From NCBI GenBank assembly GCA_002328585.1, contig DCUV01000032.1, positions 189,569-253,568 of the forward strand: a DNA stretch of 64,000 nt, written 5' to 3'. Of this stretch, positions 1-9,160 are shown in pieces; positions within the stretch are counted from its first letter, which is position 1; each line of letters begins with the position of its first letter. The notes beneath the pieces were generated by a model. It had not been told where the DNA came from, ran no database searches, and saw nothing but the letters and a program-made list of their open reading frames with translations. The position numbers and the translations under genes were made by a program. The DNA comes from Spirochaetia bacterium UBA2205 (GTDB lineage: Bacteria; Spirochaetota; UBA4802; UB4802).

Positions 1-503
1 TATTCCTGTATCAATCGGTTGCTTTCCCGTAATGCAGGTATATCACTATGAGCGATAGTTGATTTGGTAACATTCACCAGTGTGATAAAATCACCTATAG
101 CTTCATTACACAGTATAAGTTCGTTACTGGCTACCATTGCATCATCAAGTTTTAAAAAATCAGATTGTATACATGTGATATCACCATCTAAATTTTTCTT
201 TTGTTCAGCAAGCATCACCGGAGATATATCCACCATGGTGACACTGGCAGCATTACAATGCTTTATAAAATCTTTCATTAAAAATCCGTAGCCACCACCC
301 ACCTCCATGATTGCATGGATATCCTGAAAATTGATGTGGTCACTCAAAAAATAATATAATGTGTCACCAAACGATGCATTGTGCTTGGTCACAGCACGGC
401 AGGGACTATTTTCAGGATAGAGCATGTTACAAACGGTTAGTTCCCATCCCAATGTTGTTAATGTATTACTATGGTATGGACCCGTATCATTAATGTACAT
501 CAT
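1..503 (-). CDS. class I SAM-dependent methyltransferase (partial, C-terminus beyond window start)
   Basis: Minus-strand translation from the ATG at 503 reads MMYINDTGPYH...AIMEVGGGYGFLMKDF...VTMVDISPVML. The glycine-rich motif I matches class I MTases. The ATG overlaps the upstream TGA (ATGA). The frame is open to position 1. Absent from the ORF track because it is partial. Confidence 0.6.
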   Translation of the reverse strand, partial: MMYINDTGPYHSNTLTTLGWELTVCNMLYPENSPCRAVTKHNASFGDTLYYFLSDHINFQDIHAIMEVGGGYGFLMKDFIKHCNAASVTMVDISPVMLAEQKKNLDGDITCIQSDFLKLDDAMVASNELILCNEAIGDFITLVNVTKSTIAHSDIPALRESNRLIQE

Positions 504-880
504 ACCGTAATTCCACCTGAAGGAGGCTGTGGTGGTGATGAAAAGAGTAAATAAAAAAGTGCTATAACAAGAAGAATTATAATTATAATAATTACGATAA
601 TTGTTCGTTGCGTTTTTGTGGGCATCAATCTAAAGTTCAGGATTGTGTACCAGTACGAATACAATTTTTCAATGACCCTGCTTATTATACTGGTTTGGGA
701 TGCTTTTGGTTTTGGTTTACTATCATACCACAGATCAAATACTGCATCCGAATAGAGCCGGGGATTATCAGGATTAGCAATAAACGAATATCCGCATTTG
801 CAGGTAACTTTTACAGTACCGGAATTAATCGGGAAACGCAATTTTGCTCCACAGTTGGGGCAGGGTTTTATGACATACAT
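500..880 (-). CDS. zinc-ribbon domain membrane protein
   Basis: N-terminal CPNCG...CKCG zinc ribbon, a Pro-rich linker, and a single strongly hydrophobic C-terminal helix (IIVIIIIIILLVIALFYLLF). Confidence 0.55.
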   Translation of the reverse strand: MYVIKPCPNCGAKLRFPINSGTVKVTCKCGYSFIANPDNPRLYSDAVFDLWYDSKPKPKASQTSIISRVIEKLYSYWYTILNFRLMPTKTQRTIIVIIIIIILLVIALFYLLFSSPPQPPSGGITV

Positions 881-890
881 ACCTGATACC

Positions 891-1751
891 CTACAGGATG
901 TCCTTAGCTTTCATCATCAACTCAGGGATATCAGCAAAAAGTTTTTCTAATTCGGAATCTTTGAGTGATAACAGCTTAATTGCATCATAATTTAGTTCAT
1001 GATATAAACCATCACTACCAATCCCAATCCCCGCCATTAAACACAGCGTATTGGCAATATGAACTATTGATACTATCATTTTATGATCATCAGGTGCATT
1101 CATGGGTTCATGGTGATACCGTACAATAGATTGCAACACTTTTGGGAATTTCCACTTTATTGCAACCTGCTCACCAATCTGCTGGTGATCAAAACCCATG
1201 ACTACCTTCTCAGCTTCCTGGAATGTAATGGATTTCTCTGTCACAGTATTGAGTATCTCCTTAAAGGTACTTTGAACAAAAAGTGCAAGTACTGTTTTTC
1301 CAACATCGTGTATGATACCACCTGTAAATGCTATATCAGCAATTGCTTTTTGATTACATTCTGTGGCAATTTTTTTGGCAAGCATAGCAACAGCAACTCC
1401 ATGTTTCCATAACTCGCCCCGTGCCAGATCATAGCCAACAATCACTTTATTCAGCACTGATTTTGTTGTTGCTATCACTACAATATCCTTAACCTCTTTC
1501 AAACCAAGAATGACAATAGCACGATCAATAGATGAAATCTCTTTGCCTTTACTAAAATAAGCTGAATTACAAAGTTTTAATATATTAGCAGTAATTGCCT
1601 GGTCTTTGGCTATCTCATCAGCCACATGTTTAAACGAAACATCTGGATCATTTACCATATTAATGATCTTGCTTACAACATCTGGCAATGATGGCAACTG
1701 CTCAACATTCTGAATTATGGACTGAATCCTTTGTTGTATATGTTCATGCAT
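891..1751 (-). CDS. HDOD domain signalling protein
   Basis: HDOD-like pattern (LPSLP..V..KI.......D..FKHVADEI..D.AITANILKLCNSAYF...ILGL) and an HD-like HDVGK region. Confidence 0.8.
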   Translation of the reverse strand: MHEHIQQRIQSIIQNVEQLPSLPDVVSKIINMVNDPDVSFKHVADEIAKDQAITANILKLCNSAYFSKGKEISSIDRAIVILGLKEVKDIVVIATTKSVLNKVIVGYDLARGELWKHGVAVAMLAKKIATECNQKAIADIAFTGGIIHDVGKTVLALFVQSTFKEILNTVTEKSITFQEAEKVVMGFDHQQIGEQVAIKWKFPKVLQSIVRYHHEPMNAPDDHKMIVSIVHIANTLCLMAGIGIGSDGLYHELNYDAIKLLSLKDSELEKLFADIPELMMKAKDIL

Positions 1752-1773
1752 AGTTATTTCTCCAATCCATCAA

Positions 1774-2334
1774 TCAAACCTTATAGTATATCTTTTCATC
1801 GCCGCTGGCTTTTACCTTTAATCGGCCATCTTCTAAAAAAAAGTCAATTATCCTGCCAGCACTGCCACCAATATCCTCAGCTACTATCGGTATACTAAAT
1901 TTAGCAAGCGCCTGTCGTGTTGCTTCAACATTATTTTCGCCTATATTTGCCAATGTTGTTGTAGACTTAAATTTAAACATTGATGCACCACCGGCAATCT
2001 TTGCTGTCATAAATTCCCTTTTGCAGCCCTTTTTCAACATCTGCTGTATTAGCATAGGAATTGCAGTATCTGCATATTTCTCAGGATTGGCATTACCAGG
2101 ATTTTTGGGCAGTAAGATATGTGCCATCCCTCCAATCTTTTTATTGCGCTCATAAACACAAATACCAACACAACTCCCCAGTATTGTTCGCATTATTACA
2201 GGGTTTTCTGCTACAGCTAATTGCGCAACACCTATGTTTAAAAGATTGTCCATCCTTATTCCCGCTATCAAAAATATACAGAATGAAAAATTATTATCTT
2301 GATTAATTATGACTGTCTGTACAATATTTGTCAA
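1774..2334 (-). CDS. cheD: chemoreceptor glutamine deamidase CheD
   Basis: ILGSCVGICVYERNKKIGGMAHILLP matches the CheD catalytic Cys-His region. The true start is probably the internal Met at 2253 (MDNLLNIG...), given typical CheD length of about 160 aa. Confidence 0.8.
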   Translation of the reverse strand: MTNIVQTVIINQDNNFSFCIFLIAGIRMDNLLNIGVAQLAVAENPVIMRTILGSCVGICVYERNKKIGGMAHILLPKNPGNANPEKYADTAIPMLIQQMLKKGCKREFMTAKIAGGASMFKFKSTTTLANIGENNVEATRQALAKFSIPIVAEDIGGSAGRIIDFFLEDGRLKVKASGDEKIYYKV

Positions 2335-2382
2335 GGCAAAAGATATATTTTACGTAAATAATCACGTAAATAATAAAATTAG

Positions 2383-3303
2383 ATGTCAACAACAGTTATT
2401 AACAGTATGCTGAACGCTATCCCATCCAATGCTGCCAATAAAACAGGTGGCATATATATTAATATTGTAAAAAATGAATTTATAATCCTTGATAACGAAA
2501 TTAAGATTCCCAGAATTGCGGTAACAAGCCTGTCATATGATGATGCATTGACTTTTATGCCCTCCATCGTTTCCCTCATACCTGCATTTTTATATAACCA
2601 TATACTGCTGCAACAACGCAACCCTGCAAACGAATTACATAGCCTCCATTTTGCGTCTTTGCTGGAAGGGAAGCTGTTGCATTTTTATCATATTTTGCGC
2701 ATAGACTTTAAGTTTGGGGGCGATAGTTCCTCGGTAATTCAACCTGGCAGTAATGATTATTATCCTTCATATACAACAAACAGGCTTTATTATAAATCCC
2801 GACTGATACCAACACTGCAGTATTCACCTGAGCCAATTATTCCTATTAAACTCATACAGTCTATTACAACTGAATCAGACCAGTTTTTCCATACCTACGC
2901 ACTGTTTGATGATGTTGATACAACAAAAGTAACCCATGAATTGAATACTCTTTTACATGCATTCACGATACCAGAAAACCTGTATCCCTTCGTTGTTTTT
3001 GATTACTATACAGCATGCATGAATATTGTTTATCCTGATTCACATGAACTTGCATGGGCTATCGCTGTATATGAACCGCTTTTTCTTATAATTGCATCAC
3101 ACTACATTGATCTTAATGCCATTATACCGTACCATGCAATAAAGAAAGCGTTTCCTGATTTCTTCACCATAGTAAACGATAAACTGATTCCCGAAGATAA
3201 CCTGCTGAATATGATTCAAACTTATTTCAAACGATTTTCTTTTTCCCGAGATGAACAATGTATGCTGAAAGGATGGTGGCAATTTGTTATTGCACCGCAG
3301 TAA
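2383..3303 (+). CDS. hypothetical protein
   Basis: 306-aa ORF with no recognisable motifs. The start is uncertain. Confidence 0.4.
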   Translation: MSTTVINSMLNAIPSNAANKTGGIYINIVKNEFIILDNEIKIPRIAVTSLSYDDALTFMPSIVSLIPAFLYNHILLQQRNPANELHSLHFASLLEGKLLHFYHILRIDFKFGGDSSSVIQPGSNDYYPSYTTNRLYYKSRLIPTLQYSPEPIIPIKLIQSITTESDQFFHTYALFDDVDTTKVTHELNTLLHAFTIPENLYPFVVFDYYTACMNIVYPDSHELAWAIAVYEPLFLIIASHYIDLNAIIPYHAIKKAFPDFFTIVNDKLIPEDNLLNMIQTYFKRFSFSRDEQCMLKGWWQFVIAPQ

Positions 3304-3799
3304 ATTACCCATTATCGCACTTGTGTTGAGCATAGCATGCACAAATCAACCACTTTCAATAATGAAGGCTAATATAGGAAGCAATGTTGCATTAAACGGA
3401 ACTATCACCAACGCCTCTCTGCATTATACCTTTACACCTTGTACGTGGTGTTCAACCGCTAAAGACATCTGGAATTATATCTATTTTCAGGGCGATACAC
3501 TATGCTTTGCCGTTGAGTGTACTACCAATATAAACGATGCGATTATTACTGCATATTTTGAAAATCCTTCTACAAAAAAAACCTATAAAGCAGAACGCCT
3601 TGAAAAAATCAATACGACCATCTATGGATTTTCACTTATCGGCAGCCTGCTGGAACACATCTATGATGATACATGTATGAAAGTACCCTGCAACACATGG
3701 ATAGCATTACCGTTTGTTATACACATTACTATTGAATTGCAAAATCAAAAGGCAACACATTCAATAGCAAATACTGCATATATTAGTTTTAGCAAATAA
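3284..3799 (+). CDS. hypothetical lipoprotein
   Basis: N-terminal KLPIIALVLSIAC resembles a signal peptide plus lipobox. The mature region is Cys-rich. No homology recognised. Confidence 0.4.
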   Translation: MLLHRSKLPIIALVLSIACTNQPLSIMKANIGSNVALNGTITNASLHYTFTPCTWCSTAKDIWNYIYFQGDTLCFAVECTTNINDAIITAYFENPSTKKTYKAERLEKINTTIYGFSLIGSLLEHIYDDTCMKVPCNTWIALPFVIHITIELQNQKATHSIANTAYISFSK

Positions 3800-3906
3800 A
3801 ATATATTTTTACTAAGTGTATTAATTCATGTTTGAAGTATTTTCTTTTATTTGTCGATGAGTTATGTAATATGATACTATTTGCATCAATTTAAATTTAA
3901 TAAACC

Positions 3907-4773
3907 ATGAAAAAAAAAGACCTGTCAATGTTTGTGCGATTCTGGGGAGTACGTGGTTCAGTTCCTACACCGGGGATAAATTTCATTAAATATGGCGGCA
4001 ATACTGCCTGTGTTGAGCTGAGATGTGGGAATACTATCATGATATTTGACGCCGGTACCGGCATCAGAATGCTGGGAGAAAGCCTTGCTAAAGAATTTTT
4101 TGATAAACCCATCCAGGTCCATTTATTTATCAGTCATACACACTGGGATCACATACAGGGGTTTCCTTTTTTTGCACTGGCATATAACAAAAATGCAACA
4201 ATCAATTTTTATGGTGGCCATAGTGTCTCAACACTTGAAAAGCTCATTTTAGGACAAATGGACAAAGAATATTTCCCTGTGTCATTATTTGAGTTATCAT
4301 CAAAAATTAATTTTATAGAACTTTCCCAAAATGCATTTACTATTAACGATATCGTTATATACTATACCCATCTTTTCCATCCGGGATTATCGTTAGGATT
4401 CAGGGTTGAGTATGATGACAGAGTGTTTGTATATGCCAGTGATAATGAAGTTTTAAACGATCCCGAATTGGGTGAATATAATTTAAAAAATATTGGCACA
4501 CTGATTAAAAATGCTGATATACTTGTCACTGATTGTCAATATACACCCGATGAATACAAAAGCAGGATAGGATGGGGCCATTCATCTATAGAAATAGTTG
4601 CACAGGTAGCATCACGGTTTGGCGTTAAACATCTGGTAACATATCATCATGATCCATCTCATACTGATGATGATATTGCTAAAACTATCCGTAAAGTCCG
4701 CAAACTTTCACTTCCCATCAAGATTACAGCAGCACAAGAAGGAACAACACTGTATCTTTCAAAAAAGTATTGA
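3907..4773 (+). CDS. MBL-fold metallo-hydrolase
   Basis: HTHWDH metallo-beta-lactamase motif and a downstream HH. AT-rich promoter region upstream. Confidence 0.7.
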   Translation: MKKKDLSMFVRFWGVRGSVPTPGINFIKYGGNTACVELRCGNTIMIFDAGTGIRMLGESLAKEFFDKPIQVHLFISHTHWDHIQGFPFFALAYNKNATINFYGGHSVSTLEKLILGQMDKEYFPVSLFELSSKINFIELSQNAFTINDIVIYYTHLFHPGLSLGFRVEYDDRVFVYASDNEVLNDPELGEYNLKNIGTLIKNADILVTDCQYTPDEYKSRIGWGHSSIEIVAQVASRFGVKHLVTYHHDPSHTDDDIAKTIRKVRKLSLPIKITAAQEGTTLYLSKKY

Positions 4774-4806
4774 CCATACTGCCCTGCACATTATCATTAT
4801 GCTGTT

Positions 4807-5421
4807 ATGCATAGTTTACGATTGCACAATACCTATCTACTCATGCGCCATGCTCAAAGCAAGGCAAACCATATGCATATCATTGTCAGCAATCCTGAAG
4901 TTGGTGTTAATGATTATGGTTTAACACAGGAAGGGAAGAATGAAGTTATAAAAGCAATAGCGCATTGCAATGAACTGAAATCAGTTAAATACATCTATAC
5001 ATCAGATTTTTTACGTGCATATGAAACTGCCATGATTATTGCCGGGCATATGGATATCATCCATGTCAAATTTGATACACGTTTACGCGAACGTTATTTT
5101 GGCCAATTTGAAGGAACAGACAGTGAAAACTATCAACGAATATGGGATATGGATTGCCACAATGCAAATGATCCAGTATGTTACAATGTTGAACCCATAC
5201 ATACTGTAGCAAAAAGGATGATTTCATTTTTGTTGGACTGCGAAACCAATCATATAAATGATACTATTTTAATTGTTTCGCATGGCGACCCGTTACAGAT
5301 ACTTTATACCGTATCTATAGGTTTACCTATTAATAAATTTAAAACAGCATCTCATTTCAATAATGCAGAATTAAGACTATTGCCTTCACGTTTCACCATT
5401 GATGAGGAGTTGATCACATGA
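4807..5421 (+). CDS. histidine phosphatase family protein (phosphoglycerate mutase-like)
   Basis: N-terminal LLMRHAQS resembles the RHG catalytic motif. A downstream SHG matches the second His motif. Confidence 0.6.
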   Translation: MHSLRLHNTYLLMRHAQSKANHMHIIVSNPEVGVNDYGLTQEGKNEVIKAIAHCNELKSVKYIYTSDFLRAYETAMIIAGHMDIIHVKFDTRLRERYFGQFEGTDSENYQRIWDMDCHNANDPVCYNVEPIHTVAKRMISFLLDCETNHINDTILIVSHGDPLQILYTVSIGLPINKFKTASHFNNAELRLLPSRFTIDEELIT

Positions 5422-5618
5422 TGTCACCATGGTTGCCATTCATTTACCAATATACTATTTGCTCATTTTTTTTTATTGCTATAATTATACTATCCATTAA
5501 GAAAAAAGCCATCTCTATTCACCACCCAACTGACAGAAAAATTTTATTAGAAATTATTGCCGGTTATCTGATATTTATTTTTGCTCATGCTTTGATGATA
5601 CTATTTGCTGGAGCATAG
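5418..5618 (+). CDS. small hypothetical membrane protein
   Basis: 66-aa ORF with two hydrophobic segments, ATGA-coupled to the preceding gene and ending 2 nt before the SSS transporter. Could be spurious. Confidence 0.3.
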   Translation: MMSPWLPFIYQYTICSFFFIAIIILSIKKKAISIHHPTDRKILLEIIAGYLIFIFAHALMILFAGA

Positions 5619-5620
5619 TT

Positions 5621-7435
5621 ATGATTAAAGGAACACCCATCGATTTTACAATAATTGTAATATATTTTATTTTTATCCTTGGCTTCGGTTCATTTTTTGG
5701 TAAATATGTCAAAAGCACAAAGGATTTCTTTTTTGGTGGGCAGCGCTTTAGCTGGTGGTTAATTGGCTTTAGCTGTGTTGCAACCACTGTTGGTTCATAC
5801 AGTTTTATTAAATATTCTGCTGTTGCATTTGAATATGGATTGTCATCAACCATGACATACCTCAATGACTGGTTTATACTGCCGATTTTTGTATTTATCT
5901 GGTTACCCATCATTTATTACGGACGTATTACATCCATTCCTGAATATTTTGAAAGACGTTTTGATTCAAAAACTCGTACAATTAGTTTAATAATTTTGTT
6001 AATCTACCTATTAGGCTATATTGGAATAAATTTATATACAATTGGTGTTGCCTTTAATGCTATGCTAGGCTGGGATGTGATGGCAACTGCCATAGTTATT
6101 GCTTTTGTATGTGCTCTGTATATGCATGCGGGCGGGCAAACTTCAGTAATAATGACCGATTTAGCTCAAGCCTTAATGCTATTGACAGCAGGAATTTTAA
6201 TATTTATTCTTGGTATAGATAAAATTGGCAGTTTGAAGACATTCTGGACATCACTTCCTTATGAATTTAAACTGCCGTTCTCACCTTTTAATAAACCTCC
6301 TGACTTCAACTTTGTTGGCATTTTCTGGCAGGACGCATTTGGTAGTTCAATGGCATTTTATTTTATAAATCAGGGAATTTTAATGCGATTTTTAAGTGTA
6401 CGCTCACCTCGTGACGGCAGGAAAGCCTTGTTTTTGGTTTGCCTTGTGTTAATGCCATTAGCTGCGTTTGCTGTCGCAAATGCAGGATGGATAGGCAAAT
6501 CAATGTCAATACATGGACTGCTGCCTTCTGATACAAATCCTAATCATATCTTTGTTGAAGTAGTATATGCAATTACAAAACCCGGAACATTTGGTTTTAT
6601 TATGGCTGCGTTAATTGCTGCGCTTATGTCTACCATTGACACATTAATCAACGGCGTTGCTGCAATTGGTGTTAATGATATAATTTCAAAAATAGTCCCT
6701 GATAAAAATGATGCTTACTATCTCAAATGGGCACGTTTAATATCGTTATTAGCTGCAATTATTGGTGTTGCTCTTGTTCCATTATTTATGCAATTCAAAT
6801 CAATCTATGTTGCTCATGGAACGTTTATTGCTGCTGTTACTCCACCCATGATAGTTACCATACTATTTGGTATTTTATGGAAAAGATACACCACACAAGC
6901 TGCCACATATACGTTAATTTTTGGAAGCATAGCAATGCTCATATCCATTAAATGGCCTGGAATATTAACGTTATTTTCACACGGTGTTGCTGCTGAGGGA
7001 CTACAATACTTGCGAGCTTTATACGGACTTACCGTATGTTCAGGAATCAGTATTGCCATGACATTATTACCTGCTTCAAAGGAAATAAAAGACCTGCATG
7101 GTCTTGTGGTGGATACTATCCATGAAGGTAAGGTTTTATTTAAAGGTGGCGAACCTGACGATTTTGATGAGGGAAAAATAATCTCCTGCCATATTGTTGA
7201 AGTAAATGAAGGTGTGTCACTAAGCAAAGCAATGATGGAACACCTGCAGGCAAAACCTGGCGATATACTGTACATTTCAGATGAACGGTGGTGGCTGGGC
7301 GGACTTAAATCCATTCATGCGAAAGCCGGTCCGCCTCATGATAGCAGTGATGATATCATTCTTATAGGCACTGATCTTATAGTGCAGGGAAATCTCGATA
7401 TAAATCGCAAGGTTACAGCAATGAAAATAATTTGA
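5621..7435 (+). CDS. sodium:solute symporter family transporter with ~120-aa C-terminal soluble extension
   Basis: About 13 hydrophobic helices and SSS-like N-terminal pattern (FFGGQRFSWWLIGFS...GSYSF). The C-terminal GKVLFKGGEPDDFDEG...ISDERWWLGG... is not membrane-like. Confidence 0.75.
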   Translation: MIKGTPIDFTIIVIYFIFILGFGSFFGKYVKSTKDFFFGGQRFSWWLIGFSCVATTVGSYSFIKYSAVAFEYGLSSTMTYLNDWFILPIFVFIWLPIIYYGRITSIPEYFERRFDSKTRTISLIILLIYLLGYIGINLYTIGVAFNAMLGWDVMATAIVIAFVCALYMHAGGQTSVIMTDLAQALMLLTAGILIFILGIDKIGSLKTFWTSLPYEFKLPFSPFNKPPDFNFVGIFWQDAFGSSMAFYFINQGILMRFLSVRSPRDGRKALFLVCLVLMPLAAFAVANAGWIGKSMSIHGLLPSDTNPNHIFVEVVYAITKPGTFGFIMAALIAALMSTIDTLINGVAAIGVNDIISKIVPDKNDAYYLKWARLISLLAAIIGVALVPLFMQFKSIYVAHGTFIAAVTPPMIVTILFGILWKRYTTQAATYTLIFGSIAMLISIKWPGILTLFSHGVAAEGLQYLRALYGLTVCSGISIAMTLLPASKEIKDLHGLVVDTIHEGKVLFKGGEPDDFDEGKIISCHIVEVNEGVSLSKAMMEHLQAKPGDILYISDERWWLGGLKSIHAKAGPPHDSSDDIILIGTDLIVQGNLDINRKVTAMKII

Positions 7436-7511
7436 TAGTAACTATCGCCTTTTACAAAACATAGAATATATAATTTTTGTTTTTAAATGTATAGATCAAA
7501 AAAAATATGAA

Positions 7512-8096
7512 TTATTTTTTCTTTATTAATGAAGCAAACTTTGATACAAATCCATTATGAATAGTAAAACCACTCAATTGCTGTTTAACATCTTCTATGG
7601 TGATGAATGCATTGGGTTCTAACATTTGAACAATTTCAACCACTCTTTTCACATCTCTTTTTGGTATAACAGTAAACAACATCGTTATAGGCCCTTTCAT
7701 GCCAACACCATCAATTTGACTTACTCCAAAACCCTCTTGCCTCAATACCAGAGGAAGTGCAGAAACAACCTTGCTGGTGATAACTCGGACTGATTGGTAC
7801 CCAATGGCTATTTTTTCCTCCAATAACATCCCAACATAATTCCCTGTGGCAAAACCTAATGCATAAACAATATAACTTATAATCCCATTAAAATGTTGAA
7901 GTGCAGAATTAATCGCAAAAAGCCAGATAAGAACCTCAAAAAATCCCAGGACCGGGGCTATAGATCGGTATCCTCTTGCCACCAAAATTATTCGCACTGT
8001 TCCAATTGACACATCAAATATTCTGGCAGTAAATATTAATACTAAGGTACCATACTGATGAACGAAAGAACTGAAGAAAGCAATGATTGCATCCAT
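7512..8096 (-). CDS. UPF0316/DUF2179 family membrane protein
   Basis: N-terminal TM helices followed by a soluble C-terminal domain (VIPKRDVKRVVEIVQMLEPNAFITIEDV) typical of YebE/DUF2179 proteins. Confidence 0.55.
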   Translation of the reverse strand: MDAIIAFFSSFVHQYGTLVLIFTARIFDVSIGTVRIILVARGYRSIAPVLGFFEVLIWLFAINSALQHFNGIISYIVYALGFATGNYVGMLLEEKIAIGYQSVRVITSKVVSALPLVLRQEGFGVSQIDGVGMKGPITMLFTVIPKRDVKRVVEIVQMLEPNAFITIEDVKQQLSGFTIHNGFVSKFASLIKKK

Positions 8097-8318
8097 AGCG
8101 AAATATTATTATCTCCTACCATGTCTGATATATCTCTTGAAAAATATATATATGTATCAATGTCAATATATATTTTACATACATATTACAGGCATGTTGA
8201 GTATAATATGATGCTACAGTGCGACAAAAAAATTATTGCAATTACCACTACATTATGGCATAAATGTATCAACATTAATCATTCAAACACCGTCAGGAGT
8301 AACAGTATACCATAAAAA

Positions 8319-8396
8319 TCTAAAGTCAAAAAGCCAGATGCCCGGTCAAGCCCGGAATGATATTGATGCAAAATTCTATTTTCAGAGGCGTGTTTT
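8319..8396 (+). promoter_or_regulatory. conserved ~78-nt leader element, copy A (tctaaagt...aagcccggaatga..ttgatg...tctatttt...gagg)
   Basis: Near-identical blocks are shared with 11785-11862. It ends in an RBS (agagg) 7 nt before the ATG at 8397. Confidence 0.6.
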
Positions 8397-8690
8397 ATGA
8401 AACCTTCATTTATTACATCCATTGTGTTGTTTATAGTAGTATACATGCTTATCCCAATACACATAACTGCACATAATCAAAACCATACAATGATTGGTCC
8501 ATATTTTTTTGTAAAGATAACTGATGACTCAAATGCCCAGGAAGAAAAATCAAAACCTGATGATAAAGAACAAAAATCATTAGACAATCCATCCGATGAT
8601 AACACCTTTAGTAATGACGAAGATGAAAATGATAATGATATGGAAGATATCCCTGATGATTTCTATGATTATCAGGAAGAGAACCTTTGA
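8397..8690 (+). CDS. secreted acidic protein (hypothetical)
   Basis: N-terminal signal-peptide-like hydrophobic stretch, then an extremely D/E-rich tail (SNDEDENDNDMEDIPDDFYDYQEE). Preceded by conserved leader element A and a plausible RBS. Confidence 0.5.
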   Translation: MKPSFITSIVLFIVVYMLIPIHITAHNQNHTMIGPYFFVKITDDSNAQEEKSKPDDKEQKSLDNPSDDNTFSNDEDENDNDMEDIPDDFYDYQEENL

Positions 8691-9133
8691 TGCCTTTTAA
8701 CAACAAGACAGGGCATCGTCGACTTTCTTACCACTTTTTCAGTGACAGATCCCAATAGCATCTCTTCAATATTGCTTTTGCCATGCGACCCCATTATTAT
8801 GCATGAAACCTTCTTTTGTTCAGCAATAGTAATAATCTCTTTAAACGGAATACCTTCAATAATGAGAGGAGTAACTTTGTATACCTTTGATAATTGTTTC
8901 TTTAAATTATTCATCTGTTTTTCAGCTTCTTTTTTCAGAATATCAGAAATATCATAGGGATAAACAAATGTTTCACCAAATGCTGTGGTATCAATTATTG
9001 TGCTATGACGGATGTCAACTACATGAAGAATAATAAGCTCCCTTGCCCCTGTTTTTTTCATTAACTTTATGTAAGGAATGGCTGCATTAGCACATTCTGA
9101 AAAATCTGTTGGATATAAGATTTTTGTAAACAT
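8672..9133 (-). CDS. universal stress protein UspA family
   Basis: ILYPTDFSE...A...A and the C-terminal GSHGKS...LGSVTEKV motif typical of UspA. Confidence 0.85.
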   Translation of the reverse strand: MFTKILYPTDFSECANAAIPYIKLMKKTGARELIILHVVDIRHSTIIDTTAFGETFVYPYDISDILKKEAEKQMNNLKKQLSKVYKVTPLIIEGIPFKEIITIAEQKKVSCIIMGSHGKSNIEEMLLGSVTEKVVRKSTMPCLVVKRHQRFSS

Positions 9134-9160
9134 TTTGTTGTCCTTCTAAGATTAATGTAT

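Noticed and set aside
608-1412. Internal ORFs on the plus strand (608-886, 1083-1412, 2061-2306).
   Set aside because: They are fully antisense to or nested within longer motif-bearing genes (zinc-ribbon, HDOD, CheD). The same applies to the other nested entries in the track: 4046-4252, 6727-6951, 6814-7314, 8742-8957, 9420-9644, 9777-10058, 11299-11490, 12556-12741, 12744-12935, 13388-13675, 15615-15914, 18014-18343, 18385-18639, 18763-19026, 19406-19624, 19708-20067, 20049-20408, 20178-20390, 21162-21578, 22171-22446, 23096-23311, 25066-25405, 25879-26709, 27613-27819, 28315-28837, 29479-29904, 30861-31130, 31824-32174, 32689-32923, 33072-33281, 33355-33588, 33788-33985, 34286-34582, 34671-34952, 35785-36033, 37229-37435, 37855-38109, 38362-38914, 39307-39863, 41252-41464, 42899-43405, 45486-45851, 46574-46849, 47979-48200, 49304-49546, 50772-50972, 51401-51988, 52178-52756, 52768-53019, 55081-55386, 55815-56364, 57153-57401, 57758-57943, 58644-59087, 59079-59384, 59456-59981, 60210-61075, 61252-61798, 62355-63759.
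8058-8464. ORFs 8058-8315 (+) and 8279-8464 (-) in the ORF track.
   Set aside because: They lie in a divergent AT-rich promoter region and overlap the conserved leader element. They have no RBS and low-complexity composition, so they are likely spurious.
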